Shown here one piece after another: positions 55,177 through 64,000 of a stretch of DNA of 64,000 nucleotides (position 1 is its first letter; the number at the start of each line of letters is the position of its first letter). Source of the DNA: a virus; the IMG/VR virus record IMGVR_UViG_3300044712_000083, positions 32,001 through 96,000 of that record. One strand, 5' to 3'. The translations under genes were made by a program, and so were the position numbers. The notes below the pieces were generated by a model. It saw nothing but the letters and a program-made list of their open reading frames with translations, had not been told where the DNA came from and searched no databases.

Positions 55177-58100
55177 TTAGCAGATTCCATCTGATATCAC
55201 TGTACCACCTGTATTCAATTGAATATATCCGTTGTCAGTGTTGTAATATCCAGATCCTAATGTAGATGATCCAATTGAATCTGTGTAGATTGTTTTACCT
55301 ATACTAGGAACACCACCTGTACAGTATGCTAATTGATCTACAGCTCTTGTACAAACATTGACAGGCGTTCCAACTGTACTGATATAGAATGGATCATATG
55401 AAGGAGGTACGTATCCACATGTAGGGCTATTAACTTCAACTACTTGTTGATTTCTTGTAGCACTTGTACATGAGTTAACTTCTTGGCTCCATAGAGTAAA
55501 TCCTACACAGTAGTATTGTAAATCCCAAGTACCACAGCTTTCGCTCACTGTACCTGTATCAATTGTTCTTGTAGTTCCTGCAGCACAAGGATTAGTTTGT
55601 ACTTGATCTTGACGTAATGTACATGATCCTGTTATGCAATATGCATTTCCTGAATTAACCCAAACTGGAGTAGTGTCAGGATAAGAGTTAGAAGGATTAG
55701 TTGATTGCCATGTTCCACCTACTAAATAGATGTTAGCTCCTGTGTAACAAGGATTGCTATTAACATAAACTGGAGTTGAATTAACTGTACCACTTGAACA
55801 TGTGTAGTATGTACCTACTTGACCTCCTTGGGTTTGAGTGTTACTAGCACCGCAAGCACCACTACATGTTACATCGTAAGTGTTACCTGTTGGATTACCA
55901 TTACAGTAGTATTTCTCAATGAAACGCTGTGTTGTTCCTAAACAAATGTAATCTGTGTAGTAAGTTCCGTTACATGCTTCATTACACTGACAAGAGCAAT
56001 TACTAATTACATAAGATGAACTTTCTCCACAGTCATTGATTGTAGGTTGAATCAATGCGTTTCCACTACATATTGGAGATCCCGAAGGTACATAATTTTG
56101 TCTATTATACAATGTAAATGTTAAATTATTACCAGCAGTTAATGTAACAGTTGATCCACTGCCGTATGACGATCCATTAAGTATAGCTGAACAAACATAG
56201 AAACCATCATAGTCTACACGAATTGTAGTTCCTACAGGATAACTTCTAGAACCTCCATCCCAACTAGGATCTGCAGTACCATTGATATAAGGTGTGTAAG
56301 AACTAACATTCAATCCATTTAACGGATTCAATGTTACTGTTACAGGAGCAATAGTAGTACTTGTAGTAGTAGTACTGCTTGGAGGTACAGTGGTACTAGT
56401 TGATGTAGTAGATGTTGAGCTAGTACTTGTTGTTGTACTTGTACTAACAGGATTCATATAAAGTGTAATAGGATCACTAAGGTTAGTACATGCTGCACTA
56501 CCAACATATGCTTGAATAAAGTTACCAGTAGGAGTACCATCCCAATCAACATTAATTGTCTGACTTCCTGCAGAATTAAATGTTAATGATATAGGAGTTC
56601 TAGTTCCACCAGCAATTGAAGTACCGACTACAATTGGATATGAAGTAGAGCTAGGAGCACTCATTGTAACTGTGTAAACAGCAGATTCAAATGGTGCTAC
56701 TGTTGTAGGTCCTGTGAATGTCCAATCACCATTTACAATCGGCACACATGCAAGCGTTGTACTTGTACTAGTTGTAGAAGTAGAAGTAGAAGTAGACGTA
56801 CTTGTTGAAGTAGATGTACTAGATGTAGATGTTGAAGTAGATGTTGTAGGTCCTACATATTCTGTTGTTGTACTAGTAGTAGTTGAAGTAGGTCCTGAGG
56901 TAGTACTAGTAGTGGTACTTGTAGTTGGAGTTAGAGTACTTGTAGTACTTGTAGTTGGAACTATTGTAGTAGTAGTACTAGTTGTAGGAGCAATAGTAGT
57001 AGATGTGCTTGTAGTTGAAGTAGTAGATGTACTTGATGTTGACGTAGATGTTGAAGTCGAAGTAGATGTACTAGTTGAACTTGTAGAACTTGTTGTAGAA
57101 GTTGTTGTTGGAGTGTAGTTTATAGCATCAATAGTAAACACACAACCTTCTTTAACTGCATTTCCTACCAACTGACAAGGAGTTACATATGACGCACTAC
57201 CATTCAATGAACAATAAACATCTATTGGTCCAAATGTAGTTGAAGTAGTTGTAGTAGATGTACCAAGAATTGTACTAGTTGTAGTAGTAGTTGATGGTCC
57301 TACATATGCAGTGGTAGTTGTTGTAGTAGTTAATCCTGATGCAATAGCAGAAAAATCACAACCTTGATTGTTTCCAGAATAGAAGAAGTTATTCTCAGCA
57401 ATGTAATAGTTAGGAATATAACTATGGAAAGAGATCCAACTCTTTGTATTCATGTTGTAAGACAATGTCCATGACTTATTACAGAAGTATGTAATGTCAT
57501 TTAACTGAACAACCTCTTTAATTGTAGTATTTCCTGCAATAGGATAGATGTAATATTCTTTATAGTAACCTACTTGTGCAGGATCTGTACCATAGAAAAT
57601 CTTACCAACCCAATTTGGTTGTGGGATGTAGTCAAGTTTAGTGATAATGATTCTATCAAATTTAGAATCATACACACCTGTTAAACCAACCTTAGTATAA
57701 TTGTTATCTACATCAGCTTCAGGGAAGTAACGTAAGATTTCAAATGCTAAATGGTCAGTCATAAAACGATTGACACCTGAACCAAATGCAGATAAGTCCA
57801 CAACTTGTGTTCCTGTTACTAAGAATATCTGTCCACGTTTAGCATCAATTGTTACTTGTCCATTAGGAATCTTTAGCAACATCTTGTGTTGAGATCCTAC
57901 ATATCCTAAATCTGTCTCAGCAAAATCAATTGGAGGAGCAGATCTAAACAATGTAGAATTACCAATATAAGCAGCTTGTGGATTGCTTGTATCGATTGTA
58001 AGCATTGTGTTGTATAACAATGACTTATTCTCAAAACGAGCTAAGATAGCCTTGTTTTGGATACCATCTAATGATGTAAGCTTTCCGTATGTTTGAGGGA

Positions 58101-61100
58101 AATCAAAGAAAGAAGCAGGTCTATACAATAACCAGTTATTCACCTTACTTGTAGAAGATGGATCTTGTTGATCTGAATATATAGCTCTAAACGGAAACTC
58201 TTTTTCACAAGCACTATTTGTCCAATTTAAAGGAAGGTGTGAGAAGAAGTTCTCTGTATTCTGTTTAGAATAACTTAAGTTGTAGTAGTATGTATTATCT
58301 ACTGCAATAGGTACTCTAACTTGTTGCAACCAATCATCAGGAATACCAGAACTTACACGAGGGTAGAAGTTACCTTCATTACCATTATATGCTTGACGCA
58401 AGTCTAAGTTGATAGAACTCTCACAATAGAAGTAAGGAATTCCATACGCAAACATATACATCTTACCATCGTAGAATGATTGAGTATTACTTAAACTTGT
58501 AGCTCCATCATAATTAGTACCACTAGGTGGGGTTGGTGTAGTTGGTGTACTTGTATATATAGGATCAGAAGGGCAATCAAAACAATGTGCTTTGATTGAA
58601 ATAAAATTTGTTAATGTATCACTTCCTAAAACAATATCACTCAAAACAGAACGAGATGAATGCCAGTATTGAGGATAAGCAATATTACCTAATTGATCAT
58701 AATTAATATCTGAATCATCTGGAGCTAATACCCTATTGTCAATAAAGAATGGAAGTTTAGTTTTAAATGCAAACTTACCAATGAATGTATCACCACCAAA
58801 TATAGTTTTAACTCCTGTAGGAGAATCTCTATCTACTTGGAATCCTGTATCAATTGTTTCGTATGTATAGAGTTGTCCCCATTGATTACGAACAACATTC
58901 TTAATTGATGCATAGTAAGATACAACCTTAATAGATTGTAACTCTTCAGGAACTGCACATTTCTTTTTCTGTGATAATGTAAATCTAGAATCATCAGAGA
59001 TTTTACCAGCAATAGAATCTATATCATTTGGAAATCTAAGAGGAATAACTGTAGTAGTGTTATCACTACGCTTTTCTATAGTTTTTAAATAAACAGATGA
59101 CTCACGTTGGAAGTTATTAAGATCCCAAGTATCTCCTACTGATTGTACGCCTGGATATACATATTGATACTTATCAAGTTGTCTTTGCTTAACACCATCA
59201 CCGTTCTGAATATTTCCAAAATAGTCATAACTTGCAATTGAGTTGAATGAGTATGCAAAGTTTTTTCTAGTAATTCCACTAATATAAATCTGTAGATAAG
59301 ATTGGTATGCAGCAAATACAGCATTCATATCTCCATCTGCTATAGCATAGCTAGAAACTAATGCTTTTTGTTGAATAGCTTTTGTAATTAGCTTATAACT
59401 TGCATTACTTTTAACAGGAACAAAATGTGCTTTTCCTGCTCCATACATTACATTCTCAAGCTTCAATACATCTCCTAATGTAGGTTGTCCAAACGATGTT
59501 TCAGGAGAGTTAAATACTTGTCTGTATTTAGTTTCATTATTAATCTGACCACCTGGCTCATTGTTTACAGTAAAACCAGTGAATTTTTTAGGATAACATT
59601 CAGGATTAAATGAATCTGTAGATGTTGTTATATAATTCTTTGATCCACTTACATATGTTAACTTTGCACCAATTGGAAATCCAGGAATTTCAATATATTC
59701 AACAAGAACAGTTTTTGGAGAATCTGCTACAGTAACTGTTATTTCTTTAGTAGCTCCATCTGCATACGGATCTCCATATGTAAATTTAGTAGAATCTAAA
59801 GCTCCGTCTTGATTTACAACAATAGTAACGACAGTTGTATATTTCCCAATGTATGGACTAAATATGTTACATACTAATCCACCTGTTTTTTGTGGAAATG
59901 TAGTTGAGCAAACATATTGTGGCTCCGTTTGAGCAACAATATTAATTGTTTTTACTTCATTAGTAAAACAGTCATTATAAATTAATGAGCCAGGAGATGT
60001 AACACCAGTAATCTTATACTTCTCCGATTGACCACTATATGCATTGTTTTGCTTAAGTAAGAACGGATCTGTGTTAAGATCGTTATATGGATAGTTAGGA
60101 TAATAGTAGTATGTAGGATTAGGAGAACTTGATTCATCTCTTGTATATCTACCTACGTTTCTTAAAATACCCTTTGCAACAATAGATTTGTTTGTATTAC
60201 GATTACCACGGACAATCTTATATCCAGCAATTTCGTTTCTTTGTTCAGGAGTTAAGTATGTCTGAATTAATGATTCAATCTGTGCTGTGTCAACTCTAAT
60301 ACCAAGTGGGTAGATAGCATTAGCAGATTTCATCTCCACTTGATACTTACCTGCAACTTCGACAGGAGTAGCACTTTCAAATGCAGGACTTACTAAAATA
60401 TCAGGAAACTTGTGATGACGAATTGGTCCTGTTAATCCTGCTTCTGTAAATACTGGTCCTTTATATTCTTCAGTTGATTGCCAGAATGCAAAATCACCAT
60501 ATTGATATGGTGTTGCACCATTAATTGTTGGTCCTGTAGCAGCAACCCCATTACCTGCAGTGTTATACACTTTCCAACGATCAAGTGGTTGCAATGTATC
60601 ATCCTCAGCAATATAGTCTGGATTACTTTTATCAACTTTAGGATTTATATCTGAATCTTTAATTGCTCTTCCTGGAATATGGAAACCATCTGTCTGCTTA
60701 CCATTCTTTAACAAGAATACAATCTCAAATGCATATACCTCATCACGTAGATAACCACGTAAATTAAGTGCATTTAATTCATCTGCATAGTTTTGCCCTG
60801 CTGCCATTTTGTATGACTGCCATTGCAATGTAATTCTAGCAGCAACTTTTTGATAGTCAACTCTATTATTAGATTTTAATCCATCCCAAATCAAAACATC
60901 CTGTACAGAAGTTACATCATTGGCAATATCATAGTATGGATACTTCTCAAAGATTTCTTCAATAGCTACAGCAATTGGAGTTTTGTTTTGTCCAGAATAG
61001 ATGACAGTATTTTTACCAGTAGTTGCACCAGTTTCAGCAGGAATTTTATCAATTAAGTATGTACCTAATAACTCAGCAGAAGTTGCATTATTAACTGTTT

Positions 61101-61911
61101 TAATTACAGCAACATTGTAATAATCAAAGTAACCTTTGATATCAATGTTAGTAATAGTAAGCTGAATAGACTTGTTAACTTGATAGTTGAAGTCTTGTGT
61201 TTCTACAGTTGTATTAGCAATAGGAAGAGGATTCGTAACAGAATAATAAGATGTATATCCTGCTCCTGTAGAACTACAATACTGAATAGCAAACTGATAT
61301 GTACCAGCAATCAACTCTCCACCATTTAAAACATCTGTAACTGAAAGTTGAGGGATGTCAAAATTAGGTTGGATATTTAAAATATTACAATCAGTTAATT
61401 CATTATCATCAGTATCAAATCTACCTAAGTCTAAATATCTACGAGGGTTTTTACCATCAGTCCAATATATCTCAATAGAAGGCTCATCATCAATTACACA
61501 ATTTGCAACCTTATGTACAACTTTATGTATAGGATAGTTTACATCAAAGTTCAAACATGCTCCTTTGACGTATGTATGATATTTACAATCATTATTAACC
61601 ATGTAACCAATCTGATATTCAGGATTGATTGAACTAGGTTTCATTAAAAAGAAAACATGTTTATTCTGTTCAGGAATAAAATGTTTACCAATTAAAATAA
61701 AATTATCAGGAAACTTTACGCATAGCTCATTACCTGCTTCATTCTGATAGTTAACAGAATTAGCATCAAAGTTTTCTACAGCAGCATTCAATGCGTAAGT
61801 TAAACTTCCTTTAGGTATTTGTGCTACTGCACTATCTAAATTCAGTCCTGTTTGTGCAAAGTTATACTCGTTAGTAACGTTACCCTGATTAGTTGTTTCT
61901 TCTGCGGCCAT
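55177..61911 (-). CDS. Tail stabilisation / muzzle-like protein with a mucin-like Thr/Ser stalk and Cys-rich C-terminal domains
   Basis: GLNLD...YALNA, IYWTDGKNPRRYL, GYLRDEVY, FGGDTFI, WISFHSY motifs of crAss-like stabilisation proteins; position after the tail tubular gene. Confidence 0.8.
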   Translation of the reverse strand: MAAEETTNQGNVTNEYNFAQTGLNLDSAVAQIPKGSLTYALNAAVENFDANSVNYQNEAGNELCVKFPDNFILIGKHFIPEQNKHVFFLMKPSSINPEYQIGYMVNNDCKYHTYVKGACLNFDVNYPIHKVVHKVANCVIDDEPSIEIYWTDGKNPRRYLDLGRFDTDDNELTDCNILNIQPNFDIPQLSVTDVLNGGELIAGTYQFAIQYCSSTGAGYTSYYSVTNPLPIANTTVETQDFNYQVNKSIQLTITNIDIKGYFDYYNVAVIKTVNNATSAELLGTYLIDKIPAETGATTGKNTVIYSGQNKTPIAVAIEEIFEKYPYYDIANDVTSVQDVLIWDGLKSNNRVDYQKVAARITLQWQSYKMAAGQNYADELNALNLRGYLRDEVYAFEIVFLLKNGKQTDGFHIPGRAIKDSDINPKVDKSNPDYIAEDDTLQPLDRWKVYNTAGNGVAATGPTINGATPYQYGDFAFWQSTEEYKGPVFTEAGLTGPIRHHKFPDILVSPAFESATPVEVAGKYQVEMKSANAIYPLGIRVDTAQIESLIQTYLTPEQRNEIAGYKIVRGNRNTNKSIVAKGILRNVGRYTRDESSSPNPTYYYYPNYPYNDLNTDPFLLKQNNAYSGQSEKYKITGVTSPGSLIYNDCFTNEVKTINIVAQTEPQYVCSTTFPQKTGGLVCNIFSPYIGKYTTVVTIVVNQDGALDSTKFTYGDPYADGATKEITVTVADSPKTVLVEYIEIPGFPIGAKLTYVSGSKNYITTSTDSFNPECYPKKFTGFTVNNEPGGQINNETKYRQVFNSPETSFGQPTLGDVLKLENVMYGAGKAHFVPVKSNASYKLITKAIQQKALVSSYAIADGDMNAVFAAYQSYLQIYISGITRKNFAYSFNSIASYDYFGNIQNGDGVKQRQLDKYQYVYPGVQSVGDTWDLNNFQRESSVYLKTIEKRSDNTTTVIPLRFPNDIDSIAGKISDDSRFTLSQKKKCAVPEELQSIKVVSYYASIKNVVRNQWGQLYTYETIDTGFQVDRDSPTGVKTIFGGDTFIGKFAFKTKLPFFIDNRVLAPDDSDINYDQLGNIAYPQYWHSSRSVLSDIVLGSDTLTNFISIKAHCFDCPSDPIYTSTPTTPTPPSGTNYDGATSLSNTQSFYDGKMYMFAYGIPYFYCESSINLDLRQAYNGNEGNFYPRVSSGIPDDWLQQVRVPIAVDNTYYYNLSYSKQNTENFFSHLPLNWTNSACEKEFPFRAIYSDQQDPSSTSKVNNWLLYRPASFFDFPQTYGKLTSLDGIQNKAILARFENKSLLYNTMLTIDTSNPQAAYIGNSTLFRSAPPIDFAETDLGYVGSQHKMLLKIPNGQVTIDAKRGQIFLVTGTQVVDLSAFGSGVNRFMTDHLAFEILRYFPEADVDNNYTKVGLTGVYDSKFDRIIITKLDYIPQPNWVGKIFYGTDPAQVGYYKEYYIYPIAGNTTIKEVVQLNDITYFCNKSWTLSYNMNTKSWISFHSYIPNYYIAENNFFYSGNNQGCDFSAIASGLTTTTTTTAYVGPSTTTTTSTILGTSTTTTSTTFGPIDVYCSLNGSASYVTPCQLVGNAVKEGCVFTIDAINYTPTTTSTTSSTSSTSTSTSTSTSTSTSSTSTTSTTSTSTTIAPTTSTTTTIVPTTSTTSTLTPTTSTTTSTTSGPTSTTTSTTTEYVGPTTSTSTSTSSTSTSTSTSTSTSTSTTSTSTTLACVPIVNGDWTFTGPTTVAPFESAVYTVTMSAPSSTSYPIVVGTSIAGGTRTPISLTFNSAGSQTINVDWDGTPTGNFIQAYVGSAACTNLSDPITLYMNPVSTSTTTSTSSTSTTSTSTTVPPSSTTTTSTTIAPVTVTLNPLNGLNVSSYTPYINGTADPSWDGGSRSYPVGTTIRVDYDGFYVCSAILNGSSYGSGSTVTLTAGNNLTFTLYNRQNYVPSGSPICSGNALIQPTINDCGESSSYVISNCSCQCNEACNGTYYTDYICLGTTQRFIEKYYCNGNPTGNTYDVTCSGACGASNTQTQGGQVGTYYTCSSGTVNSTPVYVNSNPCYTGANIYLVGGTWQSTNPSNSYPDTTPVWVNSGNAYCITGSCTLRQDQVQTNPCAAGTTRTIDTGTVSESCGTWDLQYYCVGFTLWSQEVNSCTSATRNQQVVEVNSPTCGYVPPSYDPFYISTVGTPVNVCTRAVDQLAYCTGGVPSIGKTIYTDSIGSSTLGSGYYNTDNGYIQLNTGGTVISDGIC
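56350..57330 (-). repeat. Low-complexity Thr/Ser(Pro) coding tracts
   Basis: Three tracts of ACT/ACA/TCT/AGT codons; the longest is about 56756-57115. Confidence 0.9.
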
Positions 61912-62863
61912 ATCGGTTTGTTCTGTTTGGCAGTTCGTACATGTTGAACCTGTTCAGGTCATTCTTAATTCTGCGTTGTTTATCCCAAGCAGTTTGTTTC
62001 TTTATTTCAATATCGGCCATAATGAATGCCTCTTCAGAAAGTTGCTTATAATAAGCAAGCTTCTGTTGTATTTGTTGGAACGTTTCATCTGTTAATTGGT
62101 TGGAAAGCATTTCAAACACTTTGTATTTAATGAACGCTTCTATGTATTCACGAATACGATAGTTATCAGGAATCAACTGATTACCAATTTCATCATATTC
62201 TGTAGCATAGAATACTAAGTGTACAATGCCATTTCTAAAATTAGTTACGAATTTATTATCTCTAATATCAAATGATCCATATCCAGAAGATCCTGGAGTG
62301 AAATTAGCTCTGGTAGCCGCTGCTGTACCATTATCCCATGCAGAAGTGTAAGATAAATCACAATTGCCTCTTGCAGAGATATTACCTGGTTGAAGTAAAT
62401 ATTCTTTAGTGTACAAGTTTGCAGCACTATTGTTTGTCTTGTAAACAGTCTGAATTAACTCAGGCATACATTGTCCATCACAGCCTACATTAGCGCAGCT
62501 AGGATTAGTACAAGAGCCATCTTGTGTAGTGATTGGACTAACTTGTATAGTTGTAGCAGTAAATGCTTGAGAATAGAAAGAACTAGCCTCCTGGTAAGTG
62601 TTACCATATACTGATGTACACATCCAAGCTTCTCTTACAGCATAGAAGTTATCTGGAAGACGAGCTTCAAAATCCATAACATCAAGAGGCTGCTCTGCAA
62701 TAACATAAGTAGTTCTACCTAACTTACGTAGACACTTGTCTAAATAAGTGGGAAACAATAAATCATCAACAGCTCCTGTATCAAAGTAGCTTTTTAATTC
62801 TTCCTTTACTGTAGCATATACAGGCTCAGGAGAAACAAAATCATATTTATAGTAGTATGACAT
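61889..62863 (-). CDS. Tail tubular / ring protein (crAss-like)
   Basis: Synteny between the IHF-like and stabilisation genes; ARLPDNF and IPDN..IREYIEAFI motifs. Confidence 0.7.
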   Translation of the reverse strand: MSYYYKYDFVSPEPVYATVKEELKSYFDTGAVDDLLFPTYLDKCLRKLGRTTYVIAEQPLDVMDFEARLPDNFYAVREAWMCTSVYGNTYQEASSFYSQAFTATTIQVSPITTQDGSCTNPSCANVGCDGQCMPELIQTVYKTNNSAANLYTKEYLLQPGNISARGNCDLSYTSAWDNGTAAATRANFTPGSSGYGSFDIRDNKFVTNFRNGIVHLVFYATEYDEIGNQLIPDNYRIREYIEAFIKYKVFEMLSNQLTDETFQQIQQKLAYYKQLSEEAFIMADIEIKKQTAWDKQRRIKNDLNRFNMYELPNRTNRYGRRRNN

Positions 62864-62869
62864 AGTAAT

Positions 62870-63349
62870 TTATTTTTTCCACTCTCGATAGATATGTTGA
62901 TATTTATCGTCAGTCTTTATGTAATGAGATAATAGTCTTGATGTAGTGCGTGTAGGTTTGAAGTACCAAAGATCTACAAGTCTTATTCGTGTAGTTTCTT
63001 TAAACCAAATCCAGCCAAAGAAATAGCCTTCCGTATGATAGTTAAAGTTGTAGATTCGTTTACCTTTCTCCTTACTCTTTTGCCAATCTATAGGAAGATT
63101 AACCATCTCCACACCATTGATTGTTTTCATCTTCTTACGCTTCTTCTTGTTAATGGAGAATTCACCAAAGCCCAAAGGCAATCGTGCTTTATCTCCAGTT
63201 TCAAGAATGTAGTTTTTGAAGTATTCGTTGTAGGAATAGATGATATTCCTCCAATCATCAAATGATATTTGAATAGATGGGTTCTTCTTGCAGAAGTTTT
63301 TGTAGTTATCTTTGCTGGAACTTCTCCAGTCAACTTTTACTCTAGGCAT
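62870..63349 (-). CDS. IHF/HU-like protein of the crAss-like structural module
   Basis: Basic; ILETGDKARLPLGFGEFSINKKK and IDW..SK motifs. Confidence 0.7.
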   Translation of the reverse strand: MPRVKVDWRSSSKDNYKNFCKKNPSIQISFDDWRNIIYSYNEYFKNYILETGDKARLPLGFGEFSINKKKRKKMKTINGVEMVNLPIDWQKSKEKGKRIYNFNYHTEGYFFGWIWFKETTRIRLVDLWYFKPTRTTSRLLSHYIKTDDKYQHIYREWKK

Positions 63350-63352
63350 AAA

Positions 63353-64000
63353 TTAGCTTCCAGGTAATGTATTAGGAGATTGTCCATCCAAGTTGTCTGA
63401 TGTAATATCCTGTTTTAGTTTGAAGTAGGTTTGTAATAATTTCTGTGATGTAAGTTCTAGCACTTGTTTTTCTAAATATCCTGGAACACCATACTCTTTA
63501 TCTAATGGATTCTTACAATAGTCATTAGGATCAGGAGTTACTCCTGAACATGGAGCAAACATAATATCGCTACTAACATCACTTTCAAAGAATGCAGCAA
63601 TTCTAGCTTTCTGTAATAATGGATTACTAACATATAAATAATCATTAATAATCCAGTAATAAGACTCATTCTTAATAATAGGAAGCTTAAGGAGATTCAT
63701 GTAACGATTGATAGTAATCTCCTTATATCTAGTTCCTTTTCCTCCCATAGCATTAATAGACCACACACCTTGGATAAGATATTGATAGTTACCTTCTGAT
63801 ATACGAGGAAGTTTAAATTTGCTTCTAGCAACTGTACAAGGATCTTTATAATCGCAACATTCTGCAATAGGTACAGGTATCATCTCTAAACACGGAATGG
63901 TTGTAAACAATGTATCTGTAGCCCATAATCTGCGAAGATTAGTCTCTCGCTTTACTAACATGATAGTATTGTTCTTAACTTCAGAGGCAATAGCTCTATC
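63353..64000 (-). CDS. Ring/structural protein, truncated at the 5' end by the window edge
   Basis: Frame is open to 64000 (DRAIASEVKNNTI precedes MLVKR); CLEMIPV, RSKFKLP and YLYV motifs. Confidence 0.7.
   Translation of the reverse strand, partial: DRAIASEVKNNTIMLVKRETNLRRLWATDTLFTTIPCLEMIPVPIAECCDYKDPCTVARSKFKLPRISEGNYQYLIQGVWSINAMGGKGTRYKEITINRYMNLLKLPIIKNESYYWIINDYLYVSNPLLQKARIAAFFESDVSSDIMFAPCSGVTPDPNDYCKNPLDKEYGVPGYLEKQVLELTSQKLLQTYFKLKQDITSDNLDGQSPNTLPGS

Noticed and set aside
55159-55179. Readthrough fusing the 2244-aa and 288-aa in-frame ORFs
   Set aside because: Two consecutive TAA codons, and the downstream gene has its own ATG with an A-rich leader.
56714-57118. Plus-strand Val-rich 134-aa ORF
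   Set aside because: Antisense shadow of Thr/Ser codons in the muzzle-like gene.
56350-57330. CRISPR array or DGR-like repeats
   Set aside because: The repeats are degenerate codon-level low complexity, with no constant repeat-spacer period, no template/variable repeat pair seen and no reverse transcriptase in the window.
1-64000. Stop-codon reassignment as in some gut crAss-like phages
   Set aside because: Very long ORFs are intact under the standard code; TAG and TGA end genes at sensible, often coupled, junctions (e.g. 132, 975, 2222, 12719, 23944).
1-64000. tRNA, rRNA, introns, inteins, integrase or transposase
   Set aside because: None recognised by eye and intergenic gaps are short; a tRNAscan/Infernal run would be needed to exclude small RNAs.

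Overview
This window looks like the structural and virion-cargo arm of a crAss-like phage (Crassvirales-type podovirus), most likely infecting a Bacteroidota host. Almost every real gene is on the minus strand and tightly packed. Reading in transcription direction (right to left): ring/tail-tube proteins and an IHF-like gene; a large tail stabilisation (muzzle)-like protein with a mucin-like Thr/Ser stalk and Cys-rich tip; five large cargo proteins (1887, 1005, 900, 4448 and 1841 aa), including a virion RNA polymerase with a DFDID motif; a tail fibre; a lysis cassette with a GH19 endolysin; a 7-gene module of exported proteins (CsgG-like, cohesin/dockerin-like, lipoprotein, beta-barrel-like); Thr-stalked accessory proteins interleaved with glycosyltransferases; a ferritin-like gene; and a run of small Lys-rich proteins, ending at a bidirectional terminator. 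Several TTG-N19/20-TAnnTTTG promoters support the Bacteroidota host. Best candidates for undescribed biology: (1) a phage-encoded protein O-glycosylation system, with a plant SERGT/HPAT-like transferase among Thr-stalked virion proteins and a GT31-GT32 fusion nearby; (2) a cargo polyprotein whose effector domains (ADP-ribosyltransferase, CHAP, lysozyme-like, zincin) are separated by a recurring GWLDKY / xxxGG motif that is partly shared with the small basic proteins; (3) co-packaged ADP-ribosylation writers and a NADAR-like domain fused to the RNA polymerase; (4) the CsgG-cohesin-dockerin envelope module. All family assignments come from motif recognition by eye; no database search was run.
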